A stretch of 38,177 bases of DNA from an uncultured delta proteobacterium. GTDB lineage: Bacteria; Myxococcota_A; Polyangia; Palsa-1104. Both the position numbers and the translations under genes were made by a program. Every line of letters begins with the position of its first letter. Position 1 is the first letter of the stretch. The stretch spans positions 1-38,177 of the forward strand of contig CAWAWS010000023.1 of assembly GCA_963785725.1 (NCBI GenBank), written 5' to 3'. Shown one piece after another: positions 25,846 through 35,049 of the stretch. The notes under the pieces were generated by a model. It saw only the letters and a program-made list of their open reading frames with translations, made no database searches and was not told the origin of the DNA.

Positions 25846-26916
25846 ATGAAGCTCTTCACCTGCGCTGCCTGCCAGCAGGTCCTATTTTTCGAGAACGTCT
25901 CCTGCACGCGCTGCGGCCACGTCCTCGCCTATTTGCCCGACTGCGGATTGTTGAGCGCGATGGAGGCCGTCGCCGGCGCGCCCGAATGGACCGCGCTGTC
26001 GCCGGCCGCCCACGGCGCGCGCTATCGCTTCTGCCGCAATTACACCGAGCACGCGGCCTGCAACTGGGTCATTCCCAGCGACAGCGACGACGGCTTCTGT
26101 CGCGCGTGCGCCTGCAACGACATGATCCCCGACTTGAGCGACGCGCATGCCAAGGAGGCCTGGCGTCGCGTCGAGCGGGCCAAGCGGCGCCTGTTTCATA
26201 CGCTGCTCGAGCTCGGCCTGCCCGTCGAGCCGAAGACGAAGTCGCCGCGCGGCCTCGGCTTCAACTTCCTGGCCGATCGCGGCAAGGAGCACGTCTTCAC
26301 CGGCCACAGCGACGGCATCATCACGCTCAACATCGCCGAAGCCGACGATCCGTTCCGCGAGAAGATGCGGCTGCAAATGGGCGAGGCGTATCGCACGCTG
26401 CTCGGCCATTTCCGTCACGAAATCGGCCATTACTATTGGATGCGGCTGATCGACGGGAGCGATCGCTTGGACGCCTGCCGCGATCTGTTCGGCGACGAGC
26501 GCGAGGATTACGCGCAGGCGCAGCAGCGTCATTACGACGGCGGCGCGCCCGCCGATTGGGAACAGCGCTTCGTGAGCGCCTACGCGTCGATGCATCCGTT
26601 CGAGGATTGGGCGGAGACGTGGGCGCACTATCTGCACATCGTCGACACGCTGGAGACGGCGCGCAGCTATGGGTTGGCGCTGCATCCGCAGGCGGTGGGC
26701 GGCGCGGCGCTGGCCGACGTCAAGGCGCGCCGGTTGGATCCGGGGGATTTCGACGAGCTCGTGGCCGGCTGGGTGCCGTTGACGTTGGCGCTCAATAGCT
26801 TGAATCGGGGGATGGGCCTGCCGGATTTGTATCCGTTCGTGTTGTCGCAGTCGGCGATTAGGAAGCTGCGGTTTGTGCATGATGTGATCGGGTGTGTGGC
26901 TGGCGCGGGGGGCTAG
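25846..26916 (+). CDS. Zinc-ribbon + putative zinc metallopeptidase (DUF2248 / Peptidase_Mx type)
   Basis: N-terminal CxxC pairs with FFEN; TGH..GIITLNIAEAD; HFRHEIGHYY (HExxH); HPFEDWAETWAHYLHI. Confidence 0.9.
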   Translation: MKLFTCAACQQVLFFENVSCTRCGHVLAYLPDCGLLSAMEAVAGAPEWTALSPAAHGARYRFCRNYTEHAACNWVIPSDSDDGFCRACACNDMIPDLSDAHAKEAWRRVERAKRRLFHTLLELGLPVEPKTKSPRGLGFNFLADRGKEHVFTGHSDGIITLNIAEADDPFREKMRLQMGEAYRTLLGHFRHEIGHYYWMRLIDGSDRLDACRDLFGDEREDYAQAQQRHYDGGAPADWEQRFVSAYASMHPFEDWAETWAHYLHIVDTLETARSYGLALHPQAVGGAALADVKARRLDPGDFDELVAGWVPLTLALNSLNRGMGLPDLYPFVLSQSAIRKLRFVHDVIGCVAGAGG

Positions 26917-26933
26917 GCTAGTGGGCGCTTCGC

Positions 26934-26983
26934 GGGGCGCTGCTCGCTGGGAGGCCAAGGGGCGCTGCTCGCTGGGAGGCCAA
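26934..26983. repeat. Perfect 25-bp tandem duplication GGGGCGCTGCTCGCTGGGAGGCCAA
   Basis: 26934-26958 is identical to 26959-26983. Confidence 0.85.
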
Positions 26984-27005
26984 GTCACGTGGGGCCCTGG
27001 CGCGG

Positions 27006-27170
27006 CGTCGGGGTCCTGTCATCGCAACCTTCTTGTCCGTGCTCGTCTGCGCGCCCAGTGCGCGAACGTCGGCGCTGTCGATCCCGGGTTCGTGCGGTGA
27101 GGAGGGGCGTGCTGGCTCGGGAGGCGCTCCGCCTGCGCGCGGACAAGAAGGTTGCGACGCCACCCCGGCG
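27006..27170. other. About 165-nt inverted-repeat element
   Basis: TCGCAACCTTCTTGTCCG (27022-27039) is the exact reverse complement of 27140-27157; outer stem 27006-27014 with 27162-27170. Confidence 0.65.
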
Positions 27171-27231
27171 GTGGATCCGATTCCCTCGTGGCTTGGCGGG
27201 GGTCTTGGGTGGCAGACGTCGAGCGGCGATC

Positions 27232-27304
27232 GCCCCTGGCGCTTGCGGCTTAGCCCCTGGCGCTTGCGGATTAGCCTGCGATCGTCCCTGGCGCTGGCGG
27301 GCTA
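27232..27304. repeat. Three copies of a 21-nt REP-like unit GCCCCTGGCGCTTGCGGNTTA
   Basis: 27232-27252, 27253-27273 and a diverged copy at about 27284-27304. Confidence 0.7.
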
Positions 27305-27377
27305 ACGACTAGGCTGCGGAGCCTGTGGACGAATGTTTGTTCATGGTCCGACCAATTGGAGTATTAGTAGGGCGACA

Positions 27378-28334
27378 ATGCGCGGGGTGATCGTTCGTTG
27401 CGTGTTCGTCTTTGTCTTCGCCGGGTGTAGCGGCGGGGCGGGGATTGGGAGCGTGCAGTCGGCGATGGAGATTTGTCCGACGGGGCCGGTCGTGCAGGGC
27501 GTCGACGTCTCGCATTATGAAGGCACCATCGATTGGGCGCAGGTTCATGCGGGTGGGATCGACTTCGCGTTTATCAAGGCGACGGAGAGCACCGACTTCA
27601 TCGATCCCAACTTTGCGACGAATTGGCAGGAGGCGGGGGCGGCGGGCGTGGTGCGCGGGGCCTATCACTTCTTTAGGCCCGAGGTCGATCCGGTCGCACA
27701 GGCGGACTATTTCATCGCGACGGCGGGGATTCCGTTGGCTGGGGATTTGCCGCTGACGCTCGATCTCGAGGTCACCGATACCGATACGGCGGCCGAGACG
27801 GCGCAGTCGGCGTTGACGTTCTTGGCGCGCGTCGCCGCGCAGACCGGGCGCACGCCGATCGTGTATACGTCGCAGTCGTTCTACGGCTCGACGCTGGGCG
27901 CGCCCGCCGGATTTGGCGGATACACGCTGTGGGTCGCTAATTGGCAGGTCACCTGCCCCAATTTGCCGACGGCGTGGAGCGGCTGGCAGTTCTGGCAGCA
28001 CGCGGACAACGGCACCGTCGCCGGCATCACCGGCACCGCCGACGTCGATCTCGACGAGTTCAACGGCACGCTGGCTGATCTGAAGGGCTTCGCCGGCGCG
28101 ACCAGCGAGGACGGCGGCCTTGGCGACGACGAGGGCGCGGTCGTGGACGCGGGTCGCGACGCGGGCGTGGCCGAGGAGGATGGCGGCGTCAAGAAGAAGC
28201 CGGCCGTGCGCGGCGGCTGCGCCGTCGGCGGTGACGGCGCAGGCGATGGCGCGCTCGTGTTGGTGCTGCTGGCGTGCGTGCTCAGTCGGGCTTGGGCTCG
28301 ACCTGCAGGATTCGGCCGCCGTCGTCGAGCGTGA
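27378..28334 (+). CDS. GH25 lysozyme/muramidase lipoprotein with MYXO-CTERM-like tail
   Basis: Lipobox FAGC; GVDVSHY, IKATE, GAYHF, LDLE, IVYT and WQFWQ; GGCAVG-hydrophobic-basic C-terminus. Confidence 0.92.
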   Translation: MRGVIVRCVFVFVFAGCSGGAGIGSVQSAMEICPTGPVVQGVDVSHYEGTIDWAQVHAGGIDFAFIKATESTDFIDPNFATNWQEAGAAGVVRGAYHFFRPEVDPVAQADYFIATAGIPLAGDLPLTLDLEVTDTDTAAETAQSALTFLARVAAQTGRTPIVYTSQSFYGSTLGAPAGFGGYTLWVANWQVTCPNLPTAWSGWQFWQHADNGTVAGITGTADVDLDEFNGTLADLKGFAGATSEDGGLGDDEGAVVDAGRDAGVAEEDGGVKKKPAVRGGCAVGGDGAGDGALVLVLLACVLSRAWARPAGFGRRRRA

Positions 28335-29688
28335 AGGTCCAGCGCACGCTGAATTTGCCGGCCTGCGCGGCGTAACGACGGACGCTGCCGCTCGCGGATT
28401 GGCTCTCGTCGACGAGGGTCCAGCGGTCGATGGCCGGCCAAATGCCGGCGATGACCGGGCCCCACACGCGTAACTCGGGCACCAGCTCGGCGCGCACCGA
28501 CGGCGCGAACGCGGCGTCGTCGAGCTGGCCGGCCGCATAACCGGCGGCGACGGCGCGCAGCGTCTTGGTCAGCTCGGGTTGCGTGTCGGCGAGCGCGGCA
28601 ATGGTCGGCGGCGGCAAGAAGAGCCCGGCGATCGTCGGCGCCAAGTTGGGGTTGAGCCGCTGCTGATTGGCGAGCACGATGACGGTCAATTTCTCGTCGG
28701 GCAGGCGCACGACGTCGGCGAGCGCCGGACCGCCGCTGTGGCCGTAGCGACGGCGGCCGCGCAAGCTGCCGGTCGCGAACACGACGCCGAACTCGCCGGC
28801 GCTGCCGTCGCCGAGCGCAAACGGCGTCGCCGCGCGCGCTTCGCCGGCGGTCGTCAGGAGGGTGCCGCGATCCATCGCCTGCGCCCACTTCGCCAGGTCC
28901 GACAAGCAGGAATAGGCGCCGCCCATCGCGTAGGTGTGCGCGGGAAAGAGGAACCACTGCAGCTGCTGCTGGCCGTCGACAAAGCCGTAGACCGAGGCGC
29001 GATGCGGGATGACGCGCGCCGTCCGCATGAGGCCGTCTTGGCTGGCGTCGTCGAACGAGGTGCAGGTCAGGCCGAGCGGCGTCCACACCCGCGTACGCAC
29101 GAGCTCGACGAACGGCTGGCCCGAGACGCGCTCCAAGATGTGCACGAGCACGTCGAAGTCGCCGCCGCCGTAGTCGGAGCGCGCGCCCGGCGAAAACGCC
29201 GGCGGTCGCGCGCGCACGGCGCGATAGGCGTCGGCGACGGTGGCGGCTTTGTCGTCGCGGTTGCCGGCGATTCCCGACGCATGCGCGGCCAGGTGCGCGA
29301 TCGTGATGTTCTTCCAGGCCGGTGGCGCGTCGGGCAGATATTTGCCGATTGGGTCGGCGAGCGCGAGCTTGCCGTCTTGCACGAGCAGCATCAGCAGCGT
29401 CCCGGTGAACAGCTTGGTCGTCGAGGCCAGCTGAAAGCGCGTATCGGCGGCGACGGGCGTTTGCCACTCCAGGTTCGCCAGGCCGTAGCCGCGTAGCTTC
29501 TCGACCTTGCCCGCGCGGACGACGGCGACGCCGACGCCGGGCACGTGCAGCTTGCGCATGACGTCGGCGACGAAGGTGTCGACCGCGTCGTCCGGCCGCG
29601 GCGCCGCGTGCGCGACAGGCGCCGACAGCGCGACGGCGCCCGCGAGCAGGAAAGCGCGCCCCCGCGCGCGCGACGACGACGTTTGCAT
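28282..29688 (-). CDS. Secreted serine hydrolase, beta-lactamase class C / D-peptidase family
   Basis: ASTTK (SxxK), HLAAHASG, DYGG at the YxN position, GHSGG. Confidence 0.9.
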   Translation of the reverse strand: MQTSSSRARGRAFLLAGAVALSAPVAHAAPRPDDAVDTFVADVMRKLHVPGVGVAVVRAGKVEKLRGYGLANLEWQTPVAADTRFQLASTTKLFTGTLLMLLVQDGKLALADPIGKYLPDAPPAWKNITIAHLAAHASGIAGNRDDKAATVADAYRAVRARPPAFSPGARSDYGGGDFDVLVHILERVSGQPFVELVRTRVWTPLGLTCTSFDDASQDGLMRTARVIPHRASVYGFVDGQQQLQWFLFPAHTYAMGGAYSCLSDLAKWAQAMDRGTLLTTAGEARAATPFALGDGSAGEFGVVFATGSLRGRRRYGHSGGPALADVVRLPDEKLTVIVLANQQRLNPNLAPTIAGLFLPPPTIAALADTQPELTKTLRAVAAGYAAGQLDDAAFAPSVRAELVPELRVWGPVIAGIWPAIDRWTLVDESQSASGSVRRYAAQAGKFSVRWTFTLDDGGRILQVEPKPD

Positions 29689-29778
29689 CGCGGCATCATA
29701 GCCGAGTCGCGCGTCGAGTCGCGCGTGTCGCGTGCGAAGGCGGCTGACTCAGAGCGCGCCCGGCTGTATCATCACGCC

Positions 29779-30309
29779 ATGAAAGTTTCGGCCAATCATA
29801 CGGTGCGGCTCGACTACGAGCTGAAGATCAAAGGCGGAGCTGTTCTCGAATCGTCGGCGCAGACGGGGCCGCTGCAGTACGTGCACGGGCAGGGCAAGTT
29901 CCTGGCCGGGCTCGAGCGGCAGATCGAAGGCTGCGCCGTCGGCGACGAGAAGAAGGGCGAGCTGCCGCCGGCGGAGGCGTTCGGCGACGAGTCGGTGCTG
30001 CCGATCCGCGAGATCCCGCGGCGCGAGTTTCCCGAGAGCGAGAAGCTGACGGTGGGGCGCATCTTCGAGGCCAAGACGGCAGGCCCGGACATGGTGCGCT
30101 TCAAGATCGTCGAGCTCGAGGACAAGCTCGTCAAAGTGCGCTTCTTGCACCCGCTCGCGGACAAGACGCTGGAATATCGCGTCAAGGTGTTGAGCATCGA
30201 TCCGCCGCGCGGGCGCGGCTCGGTGCTGGTGCCGCCGCCGCCGGCGCAGGCGTTCGGCATCGAGAGCGCGGCCATCGAAATTCTGCCCGAAGACGACGAC
30301 GGGAAATAG
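29779..30309 (+). CDS. FKBP-type peptidyl-prolyl isomerase, SlyD-like
   Basis: LDYEL, PLQYVHGQG, GLE..IEG, PAEAFG and HPLADKTL; no His-rich tail. Confidence 0.88.
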   Translation: MKVSANHTVRLDYELKIKGGAVLESSAQTGPLQYVHGQGKFLAGLERQIEGCAVGDEKKGELPPAEAFGDESVLPIREIPRREFPESEKLTVGRIFEAKTAGPDMVRFKIVELEDKLVKVRFLHPLADKTLEYRVKVLSIDPPRGRGSVLVPPPPAQAFGIESAAIEILPEDDDGK

Positions 30310-30621
30310 CGCGCGTCGTCACTCCTCCGGCGCGGCACCTGCAGGCGCGCGGCCATCGCCAGGCGAGCCGCGCGATCGACGAATCCCTCGGTAAATCAGC
30401 GTTCATTGGCGACGTTCGCGCGACCGCTGCCGGCGCGCCCGACTCGGCGGCTGCGCGTCCGCGCGATCGGCTGCAGCCGACGCCGCGGTGCCGAATGCGC
30501 GCGCTGATGGTCGCATAACCCACGCGTCACGCGCAGTTGCCGGCGGGCATGCATGGTGTATACGGCCACGACACGCTACGATGCCGAGCGTGCGCGGCGG
30601 AACCGCGCAGGGAGCCGAGGC

Positions 30622-33396
30622 GTGTCGAGGTCGCTGATCGTGGTCATCCTGGGCGCGGCGCTGATCGTGGCGCTGGCGATCGCATTGACCGACGCGCGAC
30701 TGCAGTCGTCGTTCACCGAAGGGCGAGTCGGCGGCGAAGCCGGACGCGCCGCCGTCGACGCCACGACGCGCCTGCAGCGGCTGATCGTCGACCTCGAGAG
30801 CGGCGAGCGCGGCTTCCTGTTGACCGGCGACGCGCGCCAGCTCGCGCCCTACGACGCGGCGACGCGCGAGATTCCGGCGCGTCTGACGCAGCTGCGCAAG
30901 CTGCGCGCCGACCATCCCGAAGGGCTGCAGGAGGTCGACGAGCTGGCGGCCACGATCACGCGCTGGCAGGTCGAAGCGGCGCAGCCGGAGATGGCGCTGC
31001 GACGCGCGTCGGGACAAGTGACGCCGGAGCTGGAGGCGCACCTGCGCGACGGCGCCGGCCGCACGCTCATCGAGGCCGGCCTGGCGCAGACCGAGCGGCT
31101 GCTGGCCGGCGAAGCCAAAGAGCGCGAGCAGCGGATCGCCAACCTCGACCAGAGCCGGCAGCGCCTCAAGCGGTTCATCGGCCTGTCGCTGACGCTGGCG
31201 GGCATCGTGGTGCTGGCGTTGGGGTTCATGTCGTCGCTGGCGCTGCGGCGCGGCGTCGGCCGGCTGGTGGCGTCGGCGCAGCGCATCACGCGCGGCGAGT
31301 TCGCGACCACGATCGCCGACGAGCGCGACAGCATCGCGCCCTTGGCGACGGCGTTGCGCTCGCTGGCGTCGTCGTTGAGCGAGCGTGACCGCCACGCCGA
31401 CACGCTGCGCGCCGTCAGTCGCGTCGGTGGGCTCGAGCTCGACGGGCTGCTCAACGAGGTGGCGCAGGCGCTGCAGCCGATCATCGACGTCGCGTTCATG
31501 ATGCTGGTCGAGATCCAAGACGTGCACGTGCGGCGCGTGGCGTCGTGGCCGGGCACGTTCGCGCTGCCGCCGGCGACGGGACGCGCCCTCGAAGGCACGG
31601 CCGTGGCGGCCGCGATCGCGCGCGGCGGCATGCTCATCGTCGACGACGTCGGCGACGACACCTATTACGAGAACGCGGTGGCGCGCACGCTCGGGATCGC
31701 GCGCTACATCGTCTTGCCGCTGCGCGCGCGCGGCCAGATCACGCACGCCGCCGTCATGGTCGTGCGCGACACGCAGTCGGTGGGACCCGAGCTGCAGCGC
31801 TTCTTCGACATCTTCGCGCGCCAGCTGGCCAGCGCCATCGCCAACACGAAGCTGTCGCGCGAGCTGGCGACGCGCAACGTCGAGCTGGAGCTGGCCAGCC
31901 GCGCCAAGTCGGAGTTCCTGGCGCTCATGTCGCACGAGCTGCGCACGCCCTTGAACTCGATCATCGGCTTCTCGGAAGTGCTCATCGACGCCAAGTTCGG
32001 TCCGCTCAACGATCGACAAGGTCGTTACGTCCGCAACATCAACGACAGCGGGCAGTATCTGCTGCGCCTCATCAGCGATCTGCTCGACATGTCGAAGATC
32101 GAAGCGGGCCGGCTGGAGGTGGCGCGCGATCGTTGTCTCGTGGGGCCGATCATCACCGAGGCGCTGTCGCTGTTGCAGCCGCTGGCCGACGAGAAGCAGA
32201 TCGAGATCGTGCCGCCGCCCGAGCCGCTGCAGCCGCCGGTCTGGGCCGATGCGCTGCGCGTCAAGCAGGTGCTGTTCAACCTCCTGTCGAACGCCATCAA
32301 GTTCACGCCGCGCCAGGGGCGCATCGCCGTCACGGTGGCGCCGCTCGACGCGGGCACGCTGCGCATCACCGTCGCTGACTCGGGCGATGGCATCGGCGTC
32401 GAGGATCAGACCAAGCTGTTCCTGCCGTTCTCGCAGCTGCCGAACGCGCGCCGCGAGTCGCTGGCGGGCACCGGGCTCGGCTTGGCGCTGGTCAAGCGGC
32501 TGATGGAGCTGATGAGTGGGCGCGTCGGTGTCGAGAGCGCGGCTGGCCGAGGCTCGCGCTTCTGGATCGAGCTGCCGATCGCGCCCGCCGACGGCGTGGC
32601 GAACGAAGTGGAGGCCGAGTCGTCGGGGCCGATCGTGGAGGCGCCCGAGGCGCCGCTGGTGCTCGTCGTCGACGACGATCCGGCGGCGAGCGAGCTCATG
32701 CAGCTGACGCTGTCGCAGGCGCGCTTTCGCTGGCACGCGGTGGCGTCGGGCGAGGCCGGCTTGCAAGCGGCGCGCACGCTCAACCCGGCGGTGATATTGC
32801 TCGACGTCTTCCTGCCCGATCGCGACGGCTGGGAGGTCATGCGCACGTTGCGCGCCGATCCGAAGACGCAGCATATCCCGGTGGTGCTGGTCACCATCTC
32901 GAGCGATCGGCAGCACTCGTTCTCGCTCGGCGCGGCCGATCATCTGGTCAAGCCGTTCACGAGCGAGGCGCTGATGGCGGCCTTGGCGCGGCGCAGCTTC
33001 ACGACCAAGGTCAAGCAGCGGACGGTGCGCGTGCTCGTCATCGATGATGACCAACAGCATTGCGAGCTGATGCGCGCGACGCTCGAGCCGCGCGGCTTCG
33101 TCGTCGCCATCGCGCCGACGGGCGAGGAGGGCCTGGCGCGGGCGCGGGCCGAGCCGGTCGACTTGGTGCTGCTCGACCTGGTGTTGCCGGGCATGTCGGG
33201 CGTCGAAGTGGCGATGCGGCTGCGCGAGCACGAAGCGACCAAGCGGCTGCCGGTGCTGCTGTTGACGGCGAATCAGGTGTCGCCGAGCGATCGCCAGCGC
33301 CTGCAAGGCAGCATCGAAGCGGTGCTCGCCAAGGCGGAGACGGCGGGCAACGATCTCATCGGCGAAGTGCAGCGCGTGCTCGGCTCCGCGTCGTAG
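30622..33396 (+). CDS. Hybrid histidine kinase TM-CHASE3-TM-HAMP-GAF-HisKA-HATPase-REC-REC
   Basis: ESGERGFLLTGD, MSHELRTPLN, NLLSNAIKFT, GTGLGL and two receiver domains. The start may extend to 30553. Confidence 0.93.
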   Translation: MSRSLIVVILGAALIVALAIALTDARLQSSFTEGRVGGEAGRAAVDATTRLQRLIVDLESGERGFLLTGDARQLAPYDAATREIPARLTQLRKLRADHPEGLQEVDELAATITRWQVEAAQPEMALRRASGQVTPELEAHLRDGAGRTLIEAGLAQTERLLAGEAKEREQRIANLDQSRQRLKRFIGLSLTLAGIVVLALGFMSSLALRRGVGRLVASAQRITRGEFATTIADERDSIAPLATALRSLASSLSERDRHADTLRAVSRVGGLELDGLLNEVAQALQPIIDVAFMMLVEIQDVHVRRVASWPGTFALPPATGRALEGTAVAAAIARGGMLIVDDVGDDTYYENAVARTLGIARYIVLPLRARGQITHAAVMVVRDTQSVGPELQRFFDIFARQLASAIANTKLSRELATRNVELELASRAKSEFLALMSHELRTPLNSIIGFSEVLIDAKFGPLNDRQGRYVRNINDSGQYLLRLISDLLDMSKIEAGRLEVARDRCLVGPIITEALSLLQPLADEKQIEIVPPPEPLQPPVWADALRVKQVLFNLLSNAIKFTPRQGRIAVTVAPLDAGTLRITVADSGDGIGVEDQTKLFLPFSQLPNARRESLAGTGLGLALVKRLMELMSGRVGVESAAGRGSRFWIELPIAPADGVANEVEAESSGPIVEAPEAPLVLVVDDDPAASELMQLTLSQARFRWHAVASGEAGLQAARTLNPAVILLDVFLPDRDGWEVMRTLRADPKTQHIPVVLVTISSDRQHSFSLGAADHLVKPFTSEALMAALARRSFTTKVKQRTVRVLVIDDDQQHCELMRATLEPRGFVVAIAPTGEEGLARARAEPVDLVLLDLVLPGMSGVEVAMRLREHEATKRLPVLLLTANQVSPSDRQRLQGSIEAVLAKAETAGNDLIGEVQRVLGSAS

Positions 33397-33428
33397 CCGC
33401 GACTGGCGAACCGCCGTCGCCGGCTTCG

Positions 33429-33840
33429 CTATTGAATCGTCGACAGCGTGCGTGAGAAGGCGAGCTCCTTGTCGAGCTCCTGCTTGCTGCGGCGTAAGAG
33501 CTCGTCTTTGTGGCCGAGCTTGCGATAGCCGATCGCGGCGACGAGCGCCGCCGGCGTGATGAGGATGGCGGCGACCACGAGCGCGCCCGACCACAGGCCG
33601 AGCCCGAGCCCGGTCGACAGCGCCGACGCCGCGGCGACGAGCAGCATGATGAGCGCGCCGTAGGCCATCAGGCCGAAGATGCCGAAGGTCTCGAAGATGC
33701 CGAGGCGCTGTCGCACGTCGCTCTCGACCTCCAGCTTCGCCAGCGCGAGCTGCCGCTTCACCAGCAGCGAGGAGTCGGCCGCCAGCTCCTTGACGAGAAT
33801 CGGTCGTGTCCATGGCTCGCGGATCGGATGGTTCGCGCAT
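33429..33840 (-). CDS. Two-TM 'phage holin family' (DUF1469/YhjD-like) membrane protein; +1 frameshift at 33798/33799
   Basis: GAGGAGG SD before ATG 33840. Deleting one base gives MREPSDPRAMDTTDLVKELAADSSLLVKRQLALAKLE, the usual N-terminus of this family. Confidence 0.82.
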
Positions 33841-33864
33841 GCCGCCTCCTCAGCAATGAGCCAT

Positions 33865-33880
33865 TGCACCGATTACGCCA
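33865..33880 (-). promoter_or_regulatory. Sigma-54 promoter TGGCGTAATCGGTGCA
   Basis: Correct GG-N10-GC spacing, about 25 nt upstream of ATG 33840. Confidence 0.6.
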
Positions 33881-34066
33881 CGACGACGACCATGGGCGGC
33901 CGGCAGCGTCGAGCCGCAGCCGCATTTTTCGCGCGCGTGACCCTCGTGACCGAGGCGAATGCATCGCGCGTCACCGCGCGGCAAGGCGATTCAGCCTTGG
34001 CAGTCGACGGCTTGGCCGTGGGCGCGGCGGCGATAGCGCACCTTCGCGGTGCCTGCAGCGTGCCCG

Positions 34067-34960
34067 TCAGCGGCCGGTCAACAGCCCCGCTTCGCGCGTG
34101 GTCAGCTCGACGAGGAAGTCGATGAGCGCGCGCACGCGAGCGGCATATTGCAGATCGCGGTGCACGGCCAGCCACAAGTCGTGCGTCAGCTCCTGCTTCG
34201 GCAAGACGCGCACGAGCCCGCGCTGCGCATCGCCGAGGTAGCGATAGAGCACGGCGATGCCGAGGCCGTCGACGGCCGCCGCGGCCTGCGCGTGGGCGCT
34301 GTCGCTGCGCAAGACGACGCGACCGCCGCGCGTGAGGCCGTGCAGGAAGCGCGACAACGAGTAGGCCGACTCCTCGTCGTCGATGAGATCGTGACCGGCG
34401 AGATCCTCGGCCACGCGCGGCTCGCCGCGCTTCTTGAGGTAGCCGGGCGACGCATACAGGCCGGCGACGACGACGCCCAGCTTGCGAATGTGCAGCGACT
34501 GCTGCGACGGCCGCCCGGCGCGCAAGGCCAGGTCGGCTTCGCGGCGCGACAGGTTGAGCGGCCGATTGTCCATGTTGAGCAGCAGCTCGAGCCCGGGATG
34601 ACGCTTGCGCAGCGCGCCCAGCCGCGGCGCCAAGAACGCCGTGCCCAGCGATTCGTAAGTCGTCAGGCGCACCAGCCCTTCGGGCCGCTCGTCGAGGCCG
34701 AGTACCTCGCGCTCGATGGCCATGACCTCGTCCTCGACGCGCTCGGCGCGCGCCAACGCCAGCTCGCCCTGCCGCGTCGGATAGTAGCCGTCGGGCGTGC
34801 GGCGAAAGAGGCGCACGTCGAGGGCCGCCTCCAGCGCCTCGATGCGGCGGCCGACGGTGGTCTGATCGCAGCCGAGCTTGCGCGCCGCCGCCGACAGCGT
34901 CTTGCCGCGCTGCACGTGCAGGAGAAAACGCAGGTCGGTCCAGTCGATCTTGTTCGCCAT
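34067..34960 (-). CDS. LysR family transcriptional regulator
   Basis: DWTDLRFLL..TLSAAARKLG..QTTVGRRI..LE, LF.R and READLALR. Confidence 0.95.
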   Translation of the reverse strand: MANKIDWTDLRFLLHVQRGKTLSAAARKLGCDQTTVGRRIEALEAALDVRLFRRTPDGYYPTRQGELALARAERVEDEVMAIEREVLGLDERPEGLVRLTTYESLGTAFLAPRLGALRKRHPGLELLLNMDNRPLNLSRREADLALRAGRPSQQSLHIRKLGVVVAGLYASPGYLKKRGEPRVAEDLAGHDLIDDEESAYSLSRFLHGLTRGGRVVLRSDSAHAQAAAAVDGLGIAVLYRYLGDAQRGLVRVLPKQELTHDLWLAVHRDLQYAARVRALIDFLVELTTREAGLLTGR

Positions 34961-34964
34961 GGTC

Positions 34965-35018
34965 TGCATTATTGCATAGGCACTCTGCATTGGAAGGTCT
35001 GGTGCTGCATCGATGCAG
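34965..35018. promoter_or_regulatory. Putative LysR boxes TGCA-N4-TGCA (34965-34976 and 35006-35017)
   Basis: Located between lysR and the divergent gene; CTGCATCGATGCAG (35005-35018) is a perfect palindrome. Confidence 0.6.
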
Positions 35019-35049
35019 GTTCCATCATTTGCAGCGTGGAGGTGACGTG

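Noticed and set aside
28282..28334. Convergent 3' overlaps of about 50 nt (also 15719-15769) as antisense regulation
   Set aside because: Stop codons are scarce in high-GC DNA and the overlapping tails are low-complexity, so no special mechanism is needed.
28282..29688. True AmpC resistance gene
   Set aside because: YGG replaces YxN and HSG replaces KTG, and there is an extra C-terminal domain. It fits the broader serine hydrolase family.
29703..29726. 12-bp tandem duplication CGAGTCGCGCGT between divergent promoters
   Set aside because: It is short and GC-rich and could be simple slippage; there is no independent support for a function.
30403..33840. 1145-aa minus-strand ORF
   Set aside because: It is the antisense shadow of the hybrid kinase in high-GC DNA. 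Only its first 14 codons are real, as the frameshifted start of the holin-family gene.
33429..33840. Prophage lysis cassette (holin-family gene + GH25)
   Set aside because: This family is commonly chromosomal, the two genes are 5 kb apart, GH25 has its own export signal, and no phage genes are present.
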